A DNA stretch of 64,000 bases. Source: Nymphaea colorata. Taxonomy: Eukaryota. The DNA lies in contig NC_045138.2 of assembly GCF_008831285.2 (NCBI RefSeq), forward strand, positions 40,610,001 through 40,674,000, written 5' to 3'. The notes under the pieces are model-generated. The model had not been told where the DNA came from. It was given only the letters and a program-made list of their open reading frames with translations, and ran no database searches. The position numbers and the translations under genes were made by a program. Positions 55,286 to 64,000 of the stretch are shown here, piece after piece. Positions within the stretch are counted from its first letter, which is position 1; every line of letters begins with the position of its first letter.

Positions 55286-58079
55286 TTAACAATAAGATTT
55301 TCAGCAAACAAATGCATATTTATATTCATAACATATAGGTTACCAACAAAAAGTATCATTGAAAAAATGAGTCTGTTGTGTCCAAGCCCTGCTTTGTACC
55401 AGCACACAATGTCTATGCAACATAGATGCTAGGGCAAAGTGTCATATAACCGGTTCCGCTTAGGCATGTAAGCACTATTTAGTGCCATGTGTAGCTCAAC
55501 AGTGCAATTATAGGGCTAGTTGCTCAGTTATTGGTTTGACTAGCTTTGCAAATAATGCACTACCTTTTGACGATACTCATCTTAGTTGAATGAGCATTCA
55601 GTACCGTTTTCCCATTTTTCCTTATGCAAGTAAACAAAGATATTATCTAAGAAGTGTATATTGGTGGTGAATGATACCGATGTACCAACAGCAATCAGGT
55701 TTATTAATACCATATGCATGGTGCAAACTCTCGCATGGAAAAGGCTACGTATATTACTTTTGCAAATGAACAATGAATGTGCATGTAATGATCTGTATTT
55801 TTTAGTTTCTTTCCCATTTTGACATACTAAACATTACTCTTATCTTTCACCTGCCAACCTCAGGCAGTACTGAAATTTGTTCGTATTTTTTGAATTCCGC
55901 AAAGCTGAGTTCATCTTCTTTCAACAACCTTGATATCAATAAGAAATGAAGCTTAATTCTCATATTTTTCTGAAATAATTGTTTTACCTAAAAAATCTTA
56001 ATAAGGAGGTCATACGTTGTTGTGTAAGTACTTTAGTTGTACCTTGAAAATGCTATTCTGAGTCTGTGACATTCTGTGACTTCTTGTCTATAAATGTGCA
56101 GTGTAGTTAATATTCTTTTAATTAATTTTATTGTTTGCTTTTATTAATCTGTTATCGGTCAAGTATGTAGGACATTCCTGTTCATTTAATGATTAAGGGA
56201 TCAATTCCTGGTGGATGCTTATAATCCATTTAGGCATAACAGATTCATTAATGCTTTCTTTTTCATGTTTTATCATTCTTCATTCCTTGCGTGCATATTC
56301 ACATAGGAAGCATTGAAAGCCATACTAATGTCTAGGACTCTAGGCTTTTGAAAAACACACAGATAGTGACAAAAACATAATTGTGGTTGTACCTTCTGCA
56401 GCTAAATGCCAATTGGAAACCATATTGAATGGTAGATTGCTCCTTTAGCTTTCAATGCTTGTCAGATGCTCGTATATTCCTGTCCATTTGCTTCCAAGTT
56501 GCTAGCTGTTTGTGTCCATATTTAAAAATATTACTTCGATCCTGCAATAAAAAGAATGCACATAATCATGGCTGCTATAAGTCAAAAGGGCAAGAAGACC
56601 AATATTTGTAATTCCAGTTATAGAGTTACTTCCATTAATGAAACCCTGCTCATAAGTACTTCTAGGGAAAGCAGTAATCAGCTGTGCAGCTGAGATCATC
56701 CACTTTAGTGTGTTGATTCTTTCAAAAGAAGGCTTATGTATTAGCCTAATCACTTTCACATCCTTTGAGCTGGTTTGCCTGGATAATTTCAATAGGCCTG
56801 TTTTACTCTACCAATCCAAATTACTCAGGCAAGTTTACCTCATCATCTTATACAAAGGTCATTTTGGACTTCTCTTTGTCGGCAAACTGCAGACTGCAGA
56901 CAGCTCCCAAATCAAGCCTGAAAACATCTAAATTATGATATATAACCTTACAATCCAGCAGGGGCATGTGAAAAATAAAAAATACATTATCAATTAATTG
57001 GTTCAACTAAAGTTATGACGTTGATAAACAGTGAAAAATTCGGTGCAGTTATTTGTCATCTTTGCTTACATAGATAGAAAGTGCAAGCTCTATATGGAAA
57101 AAGAATACTTCGTTCGGCAGGATTTCTAGCATTTACTTCTTTGAATTTGCTTAAATCACCTGCCACCTACAGATTGATAGAAGCGGTCAAAAAAGATGGG
57201 ATGGCAGCCGATTGACAAAGGAACAAACTGAGGTCATGTTCTTAAGTAGACAAGAAGCTACATTCAGGCGTGAAAGAGCCAAAGAGTATTATCTAGATCA
57301 TCGAGTAATATGTTCTGAACCTTTTTCTGATTCAATCTTTTATTCGTGCTTTTTTTAGCATACAGCTATCACAATTGCCATTTTCTCCCTACGTCTAGGA
57401 TAAGAAGGTTGTCCAAAAACCAACTACTTCAGCATCTTCCATTCCACGACATTCAAACAATGAAACCGTTGAATGGAACTGGATAGAGCACTGGATGGAT
57501 TCTCAGTCATACCAGAGGGGCTCAGAGAGTTCATCAGCATCAAGTTTTGGCCAAAACCCTGTCTCTGAGAAGCGGATTACAGAAGCAAAAGCTGGTTTAG
57601 ATACACTATTTAAAGAAGAGATACAAAGCAAATTCAGTGCAAGAGAATTGCAGAACAAAAGGAGATTGATCAGATCACAGTCTCCAACTAATAATACACG
57701 AAAATCAACTCAAAGAACTATGATTAGAGATGACGAATCATATGCAAGTTCAACAGCTTCTCTCCCGAGTTATATGGTCTACACAGAGTCCGCCAAAGCG
57801 AAAGCTAGGTCAAACAGCACCCCCAGACAAAGGACAAGTACATTGACAGGTGATTCTGACCACAAGTCAATTAACAAAAACTGTTCCTTTGCCTCTCTCA
57901 GAAGTGATGCAAGTAGCACAAAGCTCAAACTGAACTTTAGCTCTCATCCGAGATCTCCGGCTATGAGAGGCCTACCTGGTCCTGTAAAGTCAGACAGGAC
58001 AATCACTTCCATAAAAGATCTCAGCCTAGACTCAGATTGTTCTTTTCTGAATTTGGATCGTCAAAGGGTTTTCAGATGA
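52516..58079 (+). CDS. IQD: IQ67-domain (IQD) calmodulin-binding protein, IQD11/12-like, ~476 aa
   Basis: Exons 52516-52593, 52703-53035, 53357-53563, 57173-57304 and 57399-58079 are all phase 0 and GT-AG. Motifs: [70 protein letters not shown] (IQ67 with its diagnostic phase-0 intron), WDGS...[13 protein letters not shown] and [23 protein letters not shown] (DUF4005). Confidence 0.94.
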
Positions 58080-58832
58080 CTTGAACATGGGACAGGAGAG
58101 GTCTGCATTCACCCCTGCCTGGACTGTCGACTTCCGTCTTTTATTTGGTTCTAACAATCCTGTCTGTCAAGAAGTAAAGAAACAAGTGATTCTTGACCAT
58201 AAGATCGATGGATTTGCAGACAACTTGTACGGTGCTTAAAGATTGGGCCGAGTGACTAGGACCCAGATGAAGAAATCCTGTACTGGTTCTGGAAACAGCA
58301 TGGGTTTCCTTTTTTATTCTAAATAACCCCATTTGTCTGTTCATCTCATTTACAGGTTTGGCTTGTTTTGCGTAGTGTCTGCTGGTTGGTTGTCTTGACA
58401 TCCAATGTGTAGTGTGTTGTGCAGCGCACGACAAAGTGTTGTTTTCTGCTGATCAGTATTTTTCACCAATTGTAATGAAAATAATTCTCCCTTCTCTCTC
58501 TCTCTCTCCCTCTCTGTTACACACAATCCAAGGCCGCATCTCTTTGGCACAGGATGCATGGAATGGATTCATTCAATCACTTGGAGTAGCTAGTTGACCA
58601 TGTCATACATTTGCTGGTAGGAAATTGTTTTGTTTTCTCGAGCTGACCATGAGCAATTAAAATACCTGTCTGCCGGATGTTAGATGACTAGATATTTTGT
58701 GTTGTTAGAAACACAATGCCGACTGAGTATTAGCTACGGTTTATGATGTAGCAACGGTTTGAGTGTTTTAACAACAGTTTTTGTTCTTTGAAGAATGCTT
58801 ATTAAATATTTAGCTATCTGTCTGGCAGCCGG

Positions 58833-58911
<79 letters not shown>

Positions 58912-59000
58912 TGAATTCTGTTTTGAAACCCATTTTACATGTCCAACAAATATTATCTTTATGTCCATATGGCATCTGCACAATTGAAAAAAGATCTTAG

Positions 59001-59355
59001 CAGGGATGTCAATATTTTTGCTTTGAATTAGATATTGACCAAACTGTTTCAAAAAAATCAAATCTGAAAAAAGAAAAAATTAATATCCGATTAAGAAATC
59101 AGATTGGATTTAGATTTGAGAAGCAACATCGGATTTAGATTTGGATCAGACTTAGTTTTAAATGAAGATTCTATATTGAATATTCTTAATTTTGAAAATT
59201 AGCTGGATTCAATTTGAAATTTGGATTGGGACAGATTTTAGATTGTAAAATCAGATATGTCTTTTCTTTGTTTGTATTTGAATCCAAATAATTTCGAAAA
59301 GAATGAATATGGTTAAAGAGTGTATTCGTTACAAATATGATCGGTTGACATCCGA
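59001..59355. mobile_element. hAT-type MITE with GGATT/AATCC subterminal repeats
   Basis: The ends are CAGGGATGTCAAT and TTGACATCCGA, and the interior is full of GGATTTAGATTT-type motifs. Similar degenerate tracts lie at ~8930-9105, 16280-16500, 26380-26560 and 40945-41290. Confidence 0.5.
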
Positions 59356-59926
59356 GGCTCTTAAGCATAGTAAATAATTTCAAAATTTCTCTATTTTAAT
59401 GAATTTTATATGATAAATATGGGACTATGACATGTATGTTTATCTTTCTCTTATTAAGAAGTTACTGCTTAATAACGAAGATTCAATGAAAAGAGATTAA
59501 TTTACAAGTCATGGCCGACAAGTTTACTAAAAATGAAATATGCTTATATTACTTTAGTAGAATACATATGGAGATATTTATAAAGATTTAAAGACTTAAG
59601 AATGTAAAACTTTCGTATAAAATCAGCATTATTATTAGAAGGATAAATGCAAATATGTTTGTTTTGATTCCTTTGAACAATTGTAGCGTTTAATGACACA
59701 GCTAGTAATTTTGTTTTCGAAGTGTAATTCTTGAATCTTCAGTATGAGGTGGTAATTTGACCATAACCCACAACTCACAAGCCTCTGCGAGTCTGCGGGC
59801 CCAAACAACCCCGAGAACATTGGAGCCCCCCACAATCCGAAGTAATCTCATTTTAGATCCGACCCATTTCCAGCCTCTCGCAGAAACGAACTGCCGTCTC
59901 CTACACACTCAGAGAGAGCGAGCGAG

Positions 59927-60134
59927 ATGGCGATGGCGGCCATTTCCGCGAGGAATGCGCGTCTCAAACACCTGTGAGAGCCAATGCCGCTGCTTCGTTA
60001 CCATCTTCTTGTTTTTCGTCGTCCTTGTCGCTCTTCTGCGCACCCTTCGGTTCTATTCAGAGGAGGTGAGGGGCTCCTTTCTTGACAAATCTGAAATCAC
60101 GTACCACATCATCTCCGTCGTCAAGAACTTTCAG
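59927..60134 (+). pseudogene. mtACP2: Mitochondrial acyl carrier protein (mtACP2 / NDUFAB1-like) pseudogene, exon 1, interrupted by copia insertion
   Basis: ATG 59927 gives MAMAAISARNARLKHL* (TGA where Arg is expected), then frameshifts, then LRFYSEEVRGSFLDKSEITYHIISVVKNFQ. This matches plant mtACP2 (RRFSEEVRGSFLDKSEVTDRVLSVVKNFQKVDPSK). Homology stops exactly where the LTR begins. Confidence 0.88.
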
Positions 60135-60489
60135 TAAAACAGGGACGAGAAAAGGGAGAGAGTGAGGACTCAATAAAGTGACTAAGTCTCTTGCGTTAAC
60201 ATAACAAGAGTACTACTTAGCTTATTTATAGTGTCACAAGGCTAGAGTCTTGTTGGTAACAATTCAACGTTACAAGACTCATTAATATGACAACACTAAT
60301 CAGTTATAAGGTTGGAGACGTGTGGTAACAGTCCAGCGTTACAAGGCTGTTACAAGGCTGGAACCAACATAGTAACAATGCAATCAAGGAGTTATGAGTA
60401 GAAATTGAAAATGAAAAAATCTTTCCTTAGTAGAGTCAAGCCTTCACTCGATAATCTTTTTTTGCTATGTTCCTTAACATTCCTTAACA
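60135..60489 (-). repeat. 3' LTR of the copia element (~355 bp)
   Basis: Begins TGTTAAGGAA immediately after the PPT on the - strand. It contains CTATAAATA (~60231-60223) and ends at the mtACP junction, where the terminal CA appears mutated to TA. Confidence 0.7.
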
Positions 60490-63400
60490 CGTTCCCTCAA
60501 GCTGAATGGTCGTTCAACCACGTTCCCTCAAGCAAGCTGAATGGTCGTTCAACCACGTTAAGCTTGCCTCTAAACATGTTGAATGAACTAGTGCTGAGAG
60601 CTTTTGTCATTCCATCAGCCAATTGTTCAGCAGATCATATGAATCTAACTTGAATATTTTCTTGATTGATGTGATCTCAAACAAAGTGAAAATCTACTTC
60701 CACATGTTTAGTTTGAGCTTGAAAAGTTGGATTAGCTGCGAGATACAATGCTCCAATGTTGTCACACCAAAGAATGGGTGAAGATGAGAAATTTATTCTC
60801 AATTCTTTGAGAAGTGATTTTAACCAAAAAAGTTCAGCAACACATGCCAAAGATTTTTATTCAGCTTTAGTGTTAGATCGGGCTACAATTATTTGTTTCC
60901 TAAATGTTCAAGATATGATATTGTCTCCTAAAAATACAATGAAACCACCTGTAGATTTTCTATATTTTGGACTTCCTGCCCAGCCGGCATCTGCAAAGGC
61001 ACATAGTTGCAATGCTGACGATGGTTTGAGGTGTAATGCATAATAACTAGTTCTTCTCAAGTATCGCAAAATTCGTTTAACCATTACCCCATGATTCATC
61101 ATAGGAGAATGCATGAATTGGCAAGCTCGATTGACAGCAAATGCTATGTCTGGTCGAGTGAGGGTGGCGTATTGTAATGCCCCTACCACACTTCGATAGA
61201 GTGAAGGATTATCAAAGGGTGTCTGAGATGACTCATAACCTTTATTAGTATTCATCGGTGAAACAGTAGGCTTTTCCATGGCCATATTAGCTCATTTGAT
61301 GATACTTTTGATATAAGATTATTGACATAGATACAACGGCCGAGCTGTCCGTGTGACTTCGATCCCAAGAAAATAGGATAGGAGTCCAAGATCTTTCACT
61401 GAAAATGTATCATGTAGTTGACAAATAACCCGATCAGCCAGAGATGGGGACGACCCAGTAATGATTATATCATCAACATAGACAAGCACATAGAGTTTGA
61501 CATTGCCTTTGGAATAGATAAATAGTGAAGCATCATATTGTGAGATAAAGAAATCAAGTTGTTGAAGATGACAACTGAGCCGATGATACCAAGCTCGGGG
61601 AGCTTATTTGAGACCATAAATGGCTTTTTCCAGTTTACATACATAAGTAGGATGTCCTTAATCGTCAAACTCTTCTGGTTGAGTCATATAGACATTTTCA
61701 TCAAGATAGTCATTAAGAAAAACATTGTCAAAATCAAGTTGTCGAAGTGGCCACCCATATTGCATGGCTAAGGAAAGTAAAACCCTAATAGTAGTGGGTT
61801 TTACTGGTTGGTTGAATGTTTTCGAGTAATCGATGTCTTCCTCTTGTAAGAAACCACAGGCAACAAGCCGTGCCTTATGTCTAGTTATGGTCCCATCAAT
61901 GTTACGTTTAATTTTGTACACCTATTTTGAGCTAATGACGTGAAGGACAGGACATAGGGGGATAAGACCTCACGTTTTGTTGTGCTTGAGTGCTTCGATC
62001 TCATGTTTCATTGTTTGCTGATACTCACTATGCTTGATTGCTTCTTTAAAAGAGTTTGGTTTCGTATGATCTAACGTAGCACAAAATGTTTTTGGTACCA
62101 ATGAACCAGTCATCGACCTTGTGACCATAGAGTGAGTGTGATGTGTAGGTCGAGTGATAGATGAATTTTCAGCAAGCTCTAGTATAGTTTCATGTTCAGC
62201 ATCCTGCGTAATTCCATGTCCAGCAATCTCTTGTATGGATGAATGAGAACCAATATTATGTGTAACAAGAGGTGATAAAGATCTTGGTTGCTGCTATATG
62301 GACCTATTTATAGCATGGTCTTGTGAGATGGACATGTCATGACAATCACTATGAGAAGTTGGAAAATCAACGTCATGTGGCAAGGAAGAACTTTGAAATG
62401 GTAATGAAGCATGATTGACATATTATCTTGATACGCTGTCTCAACTAAAGGAGGACATGTGTCTTGAGAGGTGCTATGTTCAAGATTAACAATCGTACCT
62501 TGATCAAGCCGAACATTGGGTGTCCGTTGTAAAGAATCAAAAGATGTCGATGACTGCCCATTATACACACTTTCATCAAAAATCACATGTCGAGAAATAA
62601 GAATTCTTTGAAGTGTGGCATCATAAAAAATATACCCTTTATGTCTGCTTGCATAGCAAAGAAAGATGCACTGTGTGGTCTTCGGTTGGAATTTGGTGTT
62701 GTTAGATAAAGAGAGCAGTGGATAACATATGGATCCAAAAACTCGTAAATGAGTATAATTTGGCACCTTGTCAAACAACAACTGAAAGGGAGTCTTTCGT
62801 TTAAGCTTGAGAGTCGAGAGCCAATTAATAATGTATACTGAAGTCCTGAAATATTCAACCCAAAATTTGTAGTCCAGACCGGCATCATGCAACATACTCA
62901 AACTGGTTTCTACAACGTGTCAATTTTTCCTTTCAACTATATTGTTTTGTTTAGGCGTATATGGACATGAAAATCAATGAAGAATGTCATGTTCTTCACA
63001 AAATTATTCAAGCGCTTTTGTTGCAAAATTCGCCGCCATTGTCAGATTGAATGGTGGCAATATTTGAGTCAAGTTGTTTTTTCACCAAAACTTTAAAATT
63101 GTGAAAGTAGTCAACCACTTCAAATTTTGTCATTAGAGGAAATAACCATGAGTAGCGAGAAAAATTATCAACTATCAGAATAAAATATTTAAAACCATCA
63201 TTAGAGGACACACGAGCCGGTCCCCAAACGTCCATATGTAATACTTCAAGAACTCGAGAAGCATGAATAAGACAACATTCACAAACATCTCTTTCAGATG
63301 AAGAGTTTATTGAAATTAAACAACTAGAATTTAAAAGATTCATAATCCTTTTATTTGCATGTCCTAACCGGCGGTGCCATAACTCATATAATGTTGCATC

Positions 63401-64000
63401 GTGCCTTGAAAACCAACCGTTGAAGACTGTTCTTTCTTGAATCTCGCCAGCTCTCTTAAGTGTAATGGGGTAAAATCCATTACACTTTTTTGGTCTCCAA
63501 AGAAGAATCTTGTTTATCTGCCAATCCTTGATCACAAAATCATATTGTGAGAACTCAAAAATACAGTCATTGTCAGTAGTAAATTTGTCAACCAATAAAA
63601 GATTATAGGCAATAGTGGGGACATGAAGAGTATTCTTGAGTTGAAAAGAATTCCACCAACATCAACTAATAGATCACTAGTATGCTTAATAGAAAGAAGA
63701 AAACCATTACCAATCATGACATTCTCTTGTCCATCCTGATCATATCATCACTTACTACAATATGATTTGTAGCACCGATATCCGGGTACCAATATTCATT
63801 TAGTGAGTCTTGTAGACTCATGGCCTGAGGAATGTCATAGCATGTTCTAGCCAAGTGCCCTTTTCGTCCACAATATTGGCGAATAATTGGCTGACGTTGA
63901 TATTGTTGATTGGTAGTATGTTCGTCCGTTCATTGCTGGGACTGATTTCCGCGTCCTTGGAAAAAATTTCCATGGCCACCTTGATTCTTTCCTCCTCAGC
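60135..64000 (-). mobile_element. Degenerate Ty1/copia LTR retrotransposon (3' LTR plus pol; 5' end beyond window)
   Basis: Domains on the - strand in copia order: zinc knuckle (YCGRKGHLARTC ~63880), protease (YWYPDIGATNH ~63790), gag-pre-integrase (LWHRRLGH), integrase (LHMDVWGP...IQSDNGGEF), RT (KARLVACGF; YRSVVGALQYATLTRPDIAFAVNRACQFM) and RNase H (FADAGWAG...RKSTGG). Many stops and frameshifts are present. PPT-like TTGAGGGAACG is at 60500-60490. Confidence 0.96.

Overview
Flowering-plant nuclear DNA, with GT-AG spliceosomal introns, many (GA)n/(TA)n microsatellites and MITE-like repeats. The species cannot be established from the sequence. Seven intron-containing genes were reconstructed by hand from splice sites and family motifs: the 3' part of a hexokinase-like (HKL-type) gene (+), a UBC19/UBC20-type (UBE2C-like) E2 enzyme (-), an uncharacterised plant protein (-), a TET3-type tetraspanin (-), a PAP16-type metallophosphoesterase (+), a subgroup Ib iron-response bHLH (-) and an IQD protein (+). 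At the right end, the first exon of a mitochondrial acyl carrier protein pseudogene is cut by a degenerate Ty1/copia element (-) that runs off the window. A second copia remnant at ~42-43 kb may carry a nested LINE-like insert. I found no convincing new biological system. The best leads are the TE-split mtACP pseudogene, a GC-AG intron, a candidate dual-donor microexon, a duplicated PAP16 3' end, a ~355-bp tandem triplication and a candidate MSA-linked non-coding transcript next to UBC19/20. All coordinates are from manual reading and no database searches were run.
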